Source of the DNA: an uncultured Solirubrobacterales bacterium
Lineage (GTDB): Bacteria > Actinomycetota > Thermoleophilia > Solirubrobacterales > Solirubrobacteraceae
Direction of reading: 5' to 3'
Assembly (NCBI GenBank): GCA_963713895.1
Contig: OY970210.1
Span: 1,544,310-1,608,309, forward strand
Length of the DNA: 64,000 nt
Part shown: in pieces, positions 17,399 to 27,088 of the stretch
How positions within the stretch are numbered: the stretch's first letter is position 1
Layout of the letters: each line of letters starts with the position of its first letter
Program-made: the position numbers and the translations under genes
Notes under the pieces: model-generated
What the model was told of the DNA's origin: nothing
Database searches by the model: none
Seen by the model: the letters and a program-made list of their open reading frames with translations, nothing else

Positions 17399-19564
17399 TC
17401 AGAGCGTGCCGTGCTGGCGGCTGAGCGCCAGTTCGTGACCCTTGCAATCGAACAGCAGCAGGGCGTTCGGGTTGACCGGGGGCGGCTGCCAGGCCGCGCC
17501 CGGGACGACCTCGCAGGCCCGCAGCACAGCCGTGGACGCGGCGTTGCCGCCGCGTTCCGCGTAGGCTCCGCCGAGCACCACGTAGCGCCCTTCGCCGCGG
17601 CGCACCAGCCGCGCGAGGCCCGCGCCGTTCAGCGCCGGGTCATAGCCGCTGTAGCCGCCCATCGCGCCGGCATCGTGCCCGAGCAGGATCATCGGCGCGG
17701 CCGTGTCGGACGCCTCGGTGAGCACCTCCCAGCGTGAGCTGGGATCGTGCCGGCCGACGTAGACGAGCAGCGCCTTGGTGACCTTCGTGGCAGCTGCGTC
17801 GATGTCCAGCCCGCCGTAGCCGGCAGCCACGTGGGGTCCGGCCTCGGGGAACGTGCCGTCGACCGGGAACCTCCAAATCGTGGCCGCGTACACCCCCGGC
17901 ACCACCAGCAGCAGCGCGAGCGTCGCGGCCATCGCCACGCCGATCGAGCGGCGCACGGTGAGGATCGCGAGCACCCCGAGCGCCGCACCGATGATCAGCA
18001 CGGGCCAGAACCAGTGCAGGTAGCGCAGGTCTTCACGCAGAACGAGCACCTGCGCGATCACCGTCGCGCCCACGGCGAGCGGCACGAGCACGAGGAACGG
18101 GCGTCGGCGCTTGCCGAGCTCGACGAGAGCGATCGCGCCGGCGCCGACCATCGCCGCCGTGCCCGGTCCGAGCGCCGACACGTAGTAGGGGTGGACGATC
18201 CCCTTGGAGAAGCTCAGCACGGCGAACTCGGCCAGGAACCAGCCGCCCAGCACGATCAGCGCCGCCAGCCGGCGGTCACGCAGGATGTCGGCCACGGAGG
18301 CCCGCGCGGCGCGGCGCCTGCTCCGGCGCTCGCCCTCGGCCTCGCCGACCGGCACGAAGAACGTCCACAGCGCGATTGCGATCATGCCGACCAGCGCAAA
18401 CGGCAGCATCCACGCGCCCTGCGTGCCGAGACCTGCTTCGAACATGCGCAGCGGGCCGGGCGGGCCGCCGAAGGCGATCGGCTCGCGCAGGCGGCCGTCG
18501 GCCAGGTACTTGGACGGCGGCGGAGGCCGCCTGCGAGCCGGCGTGCCGGCAGCCGGTTTGGGCGGTGTGGCTGCGGTGGGCGCCAGGCCCGGTTCGAGTC
18601 CCGTCGGGTTCTTGCCCAGAGCGCGCAGGCGCAGCGCTTCTTTTTCGATGTCGGCCAGCGAGCCGTGCTTGAGCAGCACCCGAATCTGGCCCGGCCCGCC
18701 GAGCTGACCTCCGACGCGGCCGAAGCCGTTGTAGCCGAAAGTCAGGCCGATCTCGCTGTTGTTGGTCGAGCCGCCGACGAACGGACGCTTGGAGGCGGGC
18801 GTGAGTTCGACCATCGCGATCCACGCGAACGACACCGCGAGCATCACCGCCCCTGCGACGAGCAGCTGCACGAGCCGGCGTGCGAGCGGCCTGGGCGCGC
18901 ACACCAGGTAGCCCAGCGCCAGTCCGGGAACGACCAGATAGGCGGCGAGCGTCTTGGTGTTGAACGCGAGCCCCACGAGCGCTGCGCAGCCGAGCAGCGT
19001 GCGCAGGCGCCCCGATTCGATCGCGCGCAGCCCGACGCCGCAGGCGAGCGTCATCAGCAGGATCAGCAGCGGGTCAACGGCGTTCTCACGCGAGACCGCT
19101 ACGAACGAGGGAAACAGCGCCAGCGTGAGCGCGCTCGCCAGCCCCGCGAGCGCGCCGAACCGCGGCGTGACGACCCAGTAGACCAGTCCGACCGTGATGA
19201 CTCCGATGATCGCCTCCGGCAACAGCACGCTCAGCGGCGTCATGCCGAACACCTTGGCGCTCAGCGCCTGTACCCACAGCCCGAGTGGCGGCTTGTCGAT
19301 GGTGATCAGCCCGCCCGGGTCGAACGAGACGAACAGGAAGTTGTGCAGCGAGTGCAGCATCGACTTCACGCCCGCCGAGTAGAACGCGTTCGCCCAGCCG
19401 TTGCGTGACAGGCGGTAGGTGTTCAGCACCGCGGACAGCGCCAGCACGGCGCCGAGCGCCAGATGCTGGGCGCGCACGCGCGGCAGCGGACGGCTTCGGG
19501 CCGTGGCTTCCTGACCGAGCGGCCCATCCGCGGGGAGGATGGTCGTCTGCTCGGCGGAGTTCAT
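17399..19564 (-). CDS. Glycosyltransferase family 39 (ArnT/PMT-like) membrane protein
   Basis: NAFYSAGVKSM, FFVSFDP-like, DKPPL, FNTKTL, HPYY; many TM helices. Confidence 0.9.
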   Translation of the reverse strand: MNSAEQTTILPADGPLGQEATARSRPLPRVRAQHLALGAVLALSAVLNTYRLSRNGWANAFYSAGVKSMLHSLHNFLFVSFDPGGLITIDKPPLGLWVQALSAKVFGMTPLSVLLPEAIIGVITVGLVYWVVTPRFGALAGLASALTLALFPSFVAVSRENAVDPLLILLMTLACGVGLRAIESGRLRTLLGCAALVGLAFNTKTLAAYLVVPGLALGYLVCAPRPLARRLVQLLVAGAVMLAVSFAWIAMVELTPASKRPFVGGSTNNSEIGLTFGYNGFGRVGGQLGGPGQIRVLLKHGSLADIEKEALRLRALGKNPTGLEPGLAPTAATPPKPAAGTPARRRPPPPSKYLADGRLREPIAFGGPPGPLRMFEAGLGTQGAWMLPFALVGMIAIALWTFFVPVGEAEGERRSRRRAARASVADILRDRRLAALIVLGGWFLAEFAVLSFSKGIVHPYYVSALGPGTAAMVGAGAIALVELGKRRRPFLVLVPLAVGATVIAQVLVLREDLRYLHWFWPVLIIGAALGVLAILTVRRSIGVAMAATLALLLVVPGVYAATIWRFPVDGTFPEAGPHVAAGYGGLDIDAAATKVTKALLVYVGRHDPSSRWEVLTEASDTAAPMILLGHDAGAMGGYSGYDPALNGAGLARLVRRGEGRYVVLGGAYAERGGNAASTAVLRACEVVPGAAWQPPPVNPNALLLFDCKGHELALSRQHGTL

Positions 19565-20640
19565 GTCGCGAGCCCCATCAGCAGCCGGTCGAGGTCATCC
19601 TCGTCGTTCCACGCCCCGACCGACGCTCGCAGCCAGGGCCTGGCGGGGATGTTACGCAAGATCACCCCGGCCTCGGCCAGTCGTGCCCGCTCTGCCTCCG
19701 GGTCGGGGCTCTCGAACGAAACGAGCGTGCTGTGGTCGCGCGGCGCCACCTCGCGGCCCCGCTCCGCCAGCAGGTCAGCCAGTCGCGCGGCCAGGCCGCG
19801 GGCCTGTTCATGGACCGTTTGCCAGCCGGCGGCTGCGAGCGCCCGGGTCGCCGCGAGCGCACACGCGAGCGTCTCGGCGCTCAGCGACATCGCGTCGAAG
19901 CGGCGCGCGTCGGTGTGCGGCACGGCGTCGAGCCCGGCGTCCGGCTCGGCCAGGTTCGGGTAGCCGCGCCGGCGCACCGACAGGCGCGCGCTGAGCGCGT
20001 CGGCGACGTACAGCATCCCCGTGCCGTCGGGTCCGCACAGCCACTTCTGTCCGGCGCCGGCGTAGGCGTCGCAGCCGAGCGCCTTGACGTCGACCGGCAC
20101 GGCGCCGATGCCCTGGGCGCCGTCGAGCAGCACCGGCACCTCGAGCTGCGCGAGCGCCGCGGGCGCCAGGCACCCGCTCATCCAGCTCACGTGCGAGCAC
20201 GCGACCAGGCGCGTTTTCGCACCGACGGCGGCGGCCACGTCAGCCAGCGGCACTGCGCGCACACTCACGCCTCGCAGCGCGCGCGCGGCGCCCAGCGCGC
20301 CGAGCAGGCCGGGATGCTCCTCGTCGCTGGTCACGATCTCGTCGCCCGCGCTCAGCGCGAGCCCGTCGATCACCTGCGCCATGCCTTCGCTCGTGCAGGT
20401 GGTGAGCGCGAGCTCGCGCGTCTCGCAGCCGAGCTGCTCGGCATATGCGGCGCGCAGCTCGTCTTTGAGCTCGGTGCGGCGCTCGAAGTGGGCTGAGGCG
20501 CGGCCGCGCCGGGCCTCGCGCTCGAGCTCGTCTGCCGCGGCCTGGGCCGCGCGCGCGGGCAGCGGTCCGTCGGTGCCGGCGTTGAGGTAGGCGTATGTGG
20601 CCAGGACGGGAAACTCGGCGCGCAACCCGGGCAGGCTCAC
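19561..20640 (-). CDS. Class V PLP aminotransferase / C-S lyase-like
   Basis: FPVL..YLNAG..GP, LDGAQ, GQKWLCGP (PLP Lys). Confidence 0.88.
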   Translation of the reverse strand: MSLPGLRAEFPVLATYAYLNAGTDGPLPARAAQAAADELEREARRGRASAHFERRTELKDELRAAYAEQLGCETRELALTTCTSEGMAQVIDGLALSAGDEIVTSDEEHPGLLGALGAARALRGVSVRAVPLADVAAAVGAKTRLVACSHVSWMSGCLAPAALAQLEVPVLLDGAQGIGAVPVDVKALGCDAYAGAGQKWLCGPDGTGMLYVADALSARLSVRRRGYPNLAEPDAGLDAVPHTDARRFDAMSLSAETLACALAATRALAAAGWQTVHEQARGLAARLADLLAERGREVAPRDHSTLVSFESPDPEAERARLAEAGVILRNIPARPWLRASVGAWNDEDDLDRLLMGLAT

Positions 20641-20659
20641 AAACGGCGAGAATACTGGG

Positions 20660-22699
20660 ATGGCCAGCGCGACCGGACAGCAGCCGCTGTGGGAGCCCTC
20701 GGCGGATGTGCGCGAGCGCGCGCAGCTGACCGGCTTCATGCGCTGGCTGGAAAAGGAGCCCGCCCACGCTGCGGCACGCGGCTTCGCGACCTACGCCGAG
20801 CTGTGGGAGTGGTCGGTGTCCGAGCTCGAGCGGTTCTGGGCGGCGATCTGGGAGTACTACGGCGTGCGCGCGTCGCGCCCGTACGAGCGCGTGCTGGACT
20901 CGCGCGAGATGCCAGGGGCGCGCTGGTTCGAGGGCGCTGAGCTCAACTACGCCGAGAACCTGCTGGCGCGTGAGCGCGACCCGGACGCGCTCGCGGTCCT
21001 GCATGCGTCGGAGCTGCGCGAGCTCGGCTCGCTCACCTGGGGTGAGCTGCGCGAGCAGGTGGCGCAGGCGGCGGCGGGCCTGCGCGAGCTGGGCGTCGGG
21101 CGCGGGGATCGCGTCGTCGCCTACATGCCCAATATCCCGGAGACGCTCGTGGCGTTCCTGGCCACGGCCAGCCTCGGCGCGATCTTCTCGAGCGCGGCGC
21201 CCGAGTTCGGGGTGCGCAGCGTGGTCGACCGTTTCGCCCAGATCGAGCCGGCGGTGCTGCTGGCGGTCGACGGCTACCGCCGCGGCGGCAAGGACTTCGA
21301 TCGCATCGACGCGGTGCGTGCGATCGCGCAGCAGCTGCCGGGCCTGCGTCATACCGTGCTGCTGCCCTACCTCGCGCGCCACGCGTCTGCCGCGGGACTG
21401 CCGGGAGGGCTCGGCTGGAGTGAGCTGCTCAGGCGCGGTGAGACCGGCGGCAGCATGCCGTCGTTCGAGCAGGTCCCGTTCGGGCATCCCCTGTGGGTGC
21501 TCTACTCCTCGGGCACGACCGGCCTGCCCAAGGCGATCGTGCATTCGCACGGGGGCATCCTGCTCGAGCAGCTCAAGAAGAGCCTGCATCTGGACCTGCG
21601 CGCCGGAGACCGCATGTTCTGGTTCACGACGACCGGCTGGATGATGTGGAACTTCCTGATCGGTTGCCTGCTCGGCGACGCGTCGATCATCCTCTACGAC
21701 GGCAGCCCCGGCCACCCGGACCTCGGCGCCCTCTGGCGCCTGGCCGAGCGGACCGAGATGACGTGCATGGGGGTGTCGGCGGGTCTGCTGGCCGCCTGCG
21801 CCAAGGCGGGCATCGAGCCGGCCCGCGACTACGAGCTGCACGCGCTGCGGGCGATCGGCTCGACCGGCTCGCCGCTGTCGCCCGAGAGCTTTCGCTGGGT
21901 CTACGAGCACGTCGGGCGCGATCGGTGGCTGTTCTCCACCAGCGGGGGGACCGATGTATGCACGGCGTTCGTGGCCGGCTGCCCGCTGCTGCCGGTCTAC
22001 GCGGGCGAGCTGCAGTGCCGGGCGCTCGGCTGCGCCGTGCAGGCGTTCGACGAGCGCGGCCACAGCCTCGTCGATCAGGTCGGCGAGCTGGTGATCACCG
22101 AGCCGATGCCCTCGATGCCCCTGTTCTTCTGGGGCGAGGACCCGCCGCGCCGCGATGGAAGCGGCGGCGAGCGCTATCGCGAGAGCTACTTCTCGATGTA
22201 TCCGGGGACATGGCGCCACGGCGACTGGATCCGCATCACCCCGCGCGGGGGCGCGGTCATATACGGACGCTCCGACGCCACCATCAACCGCCAGGGCGTG
22301 CGCATGGGCACGAGCGAGATCTACCGGGCGGCGGGCGCGGTCGAGGACGTGCTCGACGCGCTCGTGGTTGACATCCCCAGGCGCGGCTCCGGCGCCGAGG
22401 CGGGCGCCGAGCTGTGGATGATCCTGTTCGTCGTGCTGCGCGACGGTGTCAAGCTCGATCAGGAGCTGCGCGCACGGATCCTCGCGCGCATCCGCGAGGA
22501 CTGCTCGCCGCGGCACGTTCCCAACGAGGTGCTGCAGATCGCCGAGGTGCCGCGCACGCTGTCGGGCAAGGTCCTCGAGGTGCCGGTCAAGAAGATCCTG
22601 ATGGGCACCTCCCCGCGCGAGGCCGCGAGCGTGGACTCGCTCGCCAATCCCCGCTCGCTCGACTACTTCGTGGAGCTGGCCGGGAGCCTGAGCCACTGA
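20660..22699 (+). CDS. Acetoacetate--CoA ligase
   Basis: WFEGAELNYAENL, YSSGTTGLPK, TTTGWMMWN, SGGTD, HGDW, GRSD..NRQGVR, SGK. Confidence 0.93.
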   Translation: MASATGQQPLWEPSADVRERAQLTGFMRWLEKEPAHAAARGFATYAELWEWSVSELERFWAAIWEYYGVRASRPYERVLDSREMPGARWFEGAELNYAENLLARERDPDALAVLHASELRELGSLTWGELREQVAQAAAGLRELGVGRGDRVVAYMPNIPETLVAFLATASLGAIFSSAAPEFGVRSVVDRFAQIEPAVLLAVDGYRRGGKDFDRIDAVRAIAQQLPGLRHTVLLPYLARHASAAGLPGGLGWSELLRRGETGGSMPSFEQVPFGHPLWVLYSSGTTGLPKAIVHSHGGILLEQLKKSLHLDLRAGDRMFWFTTTGWMMWNFLIGCLLGDASIILYDGSPGHPDLGALWRLAERTEMTCMGVSAGLLAACAKAGIEPARDYELHALRAIGSTGSPLSPESFRWVYEHVGRDRWLFSTSGGTDVCTAFVAGCPLLPVYAGELQCRALGCAVQAFDERGHSLVDQVGELVITEPMPSMPLFFWGEDPPRRDGSGGERYRESYFSMYPGTWRHGDWIRITPRGGAVIYGRSDATINRQGVRMGTSEIYRAAGAVEDVLDALVVDIPRRGSGAEAGAELWMILFVVLRDGVKLDQELRARILARIREDCSPRHVPNEVLQIAEVPRTLSGKVLEVPVKKILMGTSPREAASVDSLANPRSLDYFVELAGSLSH

Positions 22700-22844
22700 T
22701 CGAGCACCGCTCTCGTCCCCGCTTCGGCCGGATCGCGAATCGGTGAACTGTAAGCGCCATCGAGCGGCGCAGCGACTCGACAATCCGTGTAGTGAATCGC
22801 CGATCGTGCAGGAGTGCGGGGCGCGGCTGTCGAACAGAGCGCCG

Positions 22845-23735
22845 ATGAAGCGCAGCGCAACCCCAGCTCCGCCGGCGCGGCCGATCAACGGCACCGGTGA
22901 GCATCAGAGCCTGTCCACGTACATCCAGGCGCGCTTCGAGGAGTGCTCGCGTTCGCAGAAGGATGTGGCGCAGTACATCGTCGACCATCTCGACGAGGCC
23001 GCCTTCCAGACCGCCGAGGAGCTCGCGCGTCGCGCCAACACCTCCAGCTCGACCGTCGTGCGCTTCTCACAGGCGCTCGGCTTCGAGGGTTTCCCCGAGC
23101 TGCAGGCCGCCGCGCGCGAGGAATACCGGCGCGTGCACGCGCAGGCGCCGAAGGACACGGCCGCGAACGGCTCGACGCCGCTGTTCTCGCTCGACCAGAA
23201 CGAGTTCGAGAGCTCGCTCACCGCCGACTACGTCAATGTCGAGGAGACCGCCCGCAAGATCTCGCGCAGCTCGGTCGACGCGCTCGTGCAGACGATCAGC
23301 GACGCCGAGAAGGTGCTCGTCGCGGGTACCGACCAGATGGCGTTCTTCGCGAGCTACCTGCGCCACTTGCTGATGCTGCTCGACCTGCGCGTGGACGTCG
23401 TCGCCAGCCCCTCGCAGGAGGCGCTCAGCCGGCTCGGGCGGATCGATCAGAACACGCTCGTGATCGGCCTGTCGGCCGGCCGGCCCCATCCGCTCGTGGT
23501 GCGCGCGATGAAGCTCGCCCGCCATCGCAAAGCGCGCACCGCCGCGATCACCGACGCGACGCTCTCGGAGGTCGCCAAGCTCGCGCAGATCAAGCTCTAC
23601 TACTCCTCGAACAGCCCCGCGTACGTACGCTCGCACACCGCGCTCTTGAGCATCGTGCAGGCCGTCGCATACGGGGTCTACTCGCGGGACACCGCGCAGT
23701 ACGACGATCGCATCAAGGCGTTCCGGCTGAAGTAG
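22845..23735 (+). CDS. MurR/RpiR family transcriptional regulator (HTH + SIS)
   Basis: ELARRANTSSSTVVRFSQALGFEGFPELQ; SIS domain; start uncertain. Confidence 0.9.
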   Translation: MKRSATPAPPARPINGTGEHQSLSTYIQARFEECSRSQKDVAQYIVDHLDEAAFQTAEELARRANTSSSTVVRFSQALGFEGFPELQAAAREEYRRVHAQAPKDTAANGSTPLFSLDQNEFESSLTADYVNVEETARKISRSSVDALVQTISDAEKVLVAGTDQMAFFASYLRHLLMLLDLRVDVVASPSQEALSRLGRIDQNTLVIGLSAGRPHPLVVRAMKLARHRKARTAAITDATLSEVAKLAQIKLYYSSNSPAYVRSHTALLSIVQAVAYGVYSRDTAQYDDRIKAFRLK

Positions 23736-23786
23736 CAGCTCGGCGCCGGTCGTTTGCGTCCAGCCAGCGCAAGCTATCCTCAGCGC

Positions 23787-24671
23787 ATGCGCGACGAGGC
23801 GACTTTCCGGGTCAAGAGCGGCCTGGCGGAGATGCTCAAGGGCGGCGTGATCATGGACGTCGTCACGCCGGAGCAGGCGACGATCGCGGAGGAGGCCGGC
23901 GCGGCCGCGGTGATGGCGCTGGAGCGCGTCCCCGCTGACATTCGTCGCGACGGGGGCGTCGCGCGCATGTCCGACCCGGAGATGATCGCGGGCATCCAGG
24001 AGGCCGTGACGATTCCCGTGATGGCCAAGGCGCGCATCGGGCATTTCCTCGAGGCGCAGGTGCTGCAGGCGCTCGAGGTCGACTACGTCGATGAGTCCGA
24101 GGTGCTGACCCCGGCCGACGAGCGCAACCACATCGACAAGTGGCAGTTCAAGGTGCCGTTCGTGTGCGGCGCGACCAATCTGGGCGAGGCGCTGCGGCGC
24201 ATCGGCGAGGGCGCCGCGATGATCCGCTCCAAGGGCGAGGCGGGCACCGGCGACATCGTCGAGGCCGTCCGGCACATGCGCGCGATCACCGGCGAAATCC
24301 GCCGCCTGGGGATGCTCGACCAGGCCGAGCTCGCGGCCGCTGCCAAGGAGCTCGGGGCTCCGCTCGAGCTCGTCAGGAGTGTCGCAGCCGATGGACGCCT
24401 GCCCGTCGTGCTGTTCTGCGCGGGTGGTATCGCCACGCCCGCCGACGCCGCCCTGATGATGGCGCTCGGCGCCGAGGGCGTGTTCGTCGGCTCGGGCATC
24501 TTCAAGTCCGAGGACCCGCCTGCGCGCGCACGCGCGGTCGTCCAGGCCACGACGCACTGGCAGGACCCGGAGCGCGTCGCCGAGGCCTCGCGCGGCCTCG
24601 GTCCCGCGATGAAAAGCCTCGAGAGCTCCAAGCTCGAAGGCGAGCAGCTGCTGGCCCAGCGCGGCTGGTGA
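23787..24671 (+). CDS. pdxS: PLP synthase lyase subunit
   Basis: [55 protein letters not shown]. Confidence 0.98.
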   Translation: MRDEATFRVKSGLAEMLKGGVIMDVVTPEQATIAEEAGAAAVMALERVPADIRRDGGVARMSDPEMIAGIQEAVTIPVMAKARIGHFLEAQVLQALEVDYVDESEVLTPADERNHIDKWQFKVPFVCGATNLGEALRRIGEGAAMIRSKGEAGTGDIVEAVRHMRAITGEIRRLGMLDQAELAAAAKELGAPLELVRSVAADGRLPVVLFCAGGIATPADAALMMALGAEGVFVGSGIFKSEDPPARARAVVQATTHWQDPERVAEASRGLGPAMKSLESSKLEGEQLLAQRGW

Positions 24672-25387
24672 GGCGCGAACCGACCGGACCGGCGGATGTA
24701 GCGACCGGCGTCCACCCGCGCGCACACGCCGATGGCGGCCCACCGGTCGCCGACCCCGATGGCGCGGCGGCGGCTCGTTCCGGAGGCGGAGCGCCGCGGT
24801 CGCGCCCACTCGTGGGCGTGCTGGCCCTGCAGGGCGGTTTCCAGGCGCACGAGCGGGTACTGCGCAAGCTTGGCGCGGACGTGCGCGAGGTGCGCGTCCC
24901 GGCCGATCTGGGCGGCCTGAACGGCCTCGTGATCCCCGGCGGGGAGTCCACCACGATGACGCTGGGCATCGAGCGCGAGGGTCTCGCCGAGCCGCTGCGC
25001 GAGCTCGTCCGCGGCGGCGTTCCGGTGCTCGGCTCGTGCGCCGGTCTGATCATGCTCGACCGCGAGCACCTCGGCCTGATGGACATGCGCGCCCAGCGCA
25101 ACGCGTTCGGGCGCCAGCTGCACAGCTTCGAGGCCGACCTGCAGCTGCGCGGGTTGGACGGGCGGCCGCTGCGGGCGGTGTTCATCCGCGCGCCATGGAT
25201 CGCCGAGCACGGGCCCGCGGTCGAGATCCTCGCCGAGATCGATGGCCATCCGGTCGCCGCCCGCCAGCAGGGGTTGCTCGCCGTCGCCTTCCACGCCGAG
25301 CTGACCGACGACGATCGCGTCCATCGCATGTTCCTCGACGCGGTGTGCACGCGCGTAGGCGCGTGCGCGGCCTCCGCCTCGCAGTAG
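24668..25387 (+). CDS. pdxT: PLP synthase glutaminase subunit
   Basis: GVLALQG, PGGEST, GSCAG, RNAFGRQ, FIRAP, FHAE; GTGA overlap with pdxS, alternative start GTG 24812. Confidence 0.95.
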   Translation: MRREPTGPADVATGVHPRAHADGGPPVADPDGAAAARSGGGAPRSRPLVGVLALQGGFQAHERVLRKLGADVREVRVPADLGGLNGLVIPGGESTTMTLGIEREGLAEPLRELVRGGVPVLGSCAGLIMLDREHLGLMDMRAQRNAFGRQLHSFEADLQLRGLDGRPLRAVFIRAPWIAEHGPAVEILAEIDGHPVAARQQGLLAVAFHAELTDDDRVHRMFLDAVCTRVGACAASASQ

Positions 25388-25402
25388 GCCACATTCCCTC
25401 CG

Positions 25403-25532
25403 CATCTGTCTTACGGCGACCCGGGCGGCCCGCGCGTGCGCGCGTGGCGTCCGGTTCGCAGTAGCCGGCCTCCCGCGCATCTGTCTCACAGCGGCCCGCG
25501 CGCGCATGCGCGGCATCCGCTGTATGACGGTT
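25403..25532. repeat. Two degenerate direct repeats, intergenic
   Basis: CGCATCTGTCT(T/C)AC(G/A)GCG twice, each followed by GCGGCCCGCGCG and GGTTCGC. Confidence 0.55.
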
Positions 25533-25547
25533 CGCGATACTTGGGCT

Positions 25548-26000
25548 GTGCGCATCGCGGTGTCCGCAGACGAACCCGTCGGGATCGCCGGGGCGCTGGT
25601 CGAGCGCCTGCGCGCGCGCGGCCACGAGGTGCTGGCTCACGGCGCGCTCGGCGAGGGCGAGCGCGAGGACTGGGCGTGGGCATCTGAGGCCGCCGCCCGC
25701 GACGTGGCCGAGCGCCGGGCCGAGCAGGCGATCGTGTGCTGCTGGACCGGCACCGGCGCGTCGATCGCCGCGAACAAGGTGCGTGGGGTACGCGCGGCAT
25801 TGTGCACCGATGCCGCCACCGCCGCCGGCGCGCGCCGCTGGAACGACGCGAACGTGCTCGCGCTCAGCCTGCGCAGCACCTCCGAGGCCGAGCTGGCCGA
25901 GATCCTCGACGCCTGGTTCGAGACCGCGCCGAGCCGCGAGCCGGACGATCGCGCCAACGTAGAGCACCTGCGGGTGATCGAGACCGAGGGCGCTCGCTAG
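25548..26000 (+). CDS. RpiB/LacA/LacB sugar-phosphate isomerase
   Basis: CCWTGTGASIAANKVRGVRAAL, RRWNDANVL. Confidence 0.92.
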   Translation: MRIAVSADEPVGIAGALVERLRARGHEVLAHGALGEGEREDWAWASEAAARDVAERRAEQAIVCCWTGTGASIAANKVRGVRAALCTDAATAAGARRWNDANVLALSLRSTSEAELAEILDAWFETAPSREPDDRANVEHLRVIETEGAR

Positions 26001-27088
26001 ACGGCCTGGAAGCGGACGACCCCGGAGGCCTCGTCGAACCGTTCGGCTGCCCGGTCTTCCTCGATCAGCAGGTCGATGTGACCGAGCACCTCCGACAGCG
26101 TCAGGAACGCCTGCGTGACCGCGACGTTGCCCCACAGCTCGAGCGCGATCTCATGGGCGCTGCGCGCCTGCCCGGTGATCAGTCCGTGGATCTTCTCGGC
26201 GCGCCGGCGGTGCATGCGAAAGCGTTCGTCGATCAGCGACGCGTGGTCCACGATCGGCTCGCCGTGGCCGGAAAGCACCAGCGAGAGCTCCATCTCGCGC
26301 GTGCGGCTGAGCGACGCCATGTATTGGAGCAGCGCTCGCGGGCGCGGGCCGGCGATCGGCTCGGCTGCGCGATCTGCGTCCGTTCCGGCCCCCTCTGGAG
26401 AGCCTGGTCCGGACCCGAGCGGCCGGGCGAGCAGCGGGTTCGAGGAGATGTGCTTGATCAGGTGATCGCCCGCGAGCAGCATCGGGGCCTCGCCGCTGCC
26501 GGGCCGCTCGGCGAGGAACACGGTGTCCGAGGGGCTGTGGCCGGGACGGTGCAGCGCTGTCAGCGTGCGGTCGCGCAGCTCGATCGCCTCGCCGTCGCGC
26601 AGAGGCCGCGTTATCTCGACCGCGGCTCCCCACGCGCGGAAGCTCGCCGACACCGCGCGCAACGCCGTCACCACGTCCGCGGGGATGCCGTTGCGCAGCA
26701 TGATCTCCTGGGCAAAGCGATCGTCGAGCTCGGCTTCCTCGCGAAAGCGCAGCAGATATGGCGCGAGCCGGTCCAGCCCCGCGACCTGCGCGCCCGAACG
26801 CCGCGCCACGATCGAGGCGAGGCCGATGTGGTCGATGTGCTGATGGGTGACGATCAGCAGCTCGATGTCCTCGATCGCGTGCCCGCGTGCCGCCAGCGCC
26901 TGTTCGAGCTCATCGAGCGCCTTGCCGGAGTTCGGCCCCGAGTCGATCAGCGTCAGCGGAGAGTCCTCGATCAGGTAGGCGTTGACGCGCCCAACCTGAA
27001 ACGGCGTGGGAATCGCAAGGCGGTGGATGCCGGCCTGGGCCGCCTTTGCGAGCAGCTCCTGCTCGCCGGCTTCGGCCGTCTCGTTCAC
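25997..27088 (-). CDS. MBL-fold metallo-hydrolase
   Basis: VNAYL, LIDSG, THQHIDHIG, PGHS, GDH, GHG; GTGA-coupled to upstream mutase. Confidence 0.9.
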   Translation of the reverse strand: MNETAEAGEQELLAKAAQAGIHRLAIPTPFQVGRVNAYLIEDSPLTLIDSGPNSGKALDELEQALAARGHAIEDIELLIVTHQHIDHIGLASIVARRSGAQVAGLDRLAPYLLRFREEAELDDRFAQEIMLRNGIPADVVTALRAVSASFRAWGAAVEITRPLRDGEAIELRDRTLTALHRPGHSPSDTVFLAERPGSGEAPMLLAGDHLIKHISSNPLLARPLGSGPGSPEGAGTDADRAAEPIAGPRPRALLQYMASLSRTREMELSLVLSGHGEPIVDHASLIDERFRMHRRRAEKIHGLITGQARSAHEIALELWGNVAVTQAFLTLSEVLGHIDLLIEEDRAAERFDEASGVVRFQAV

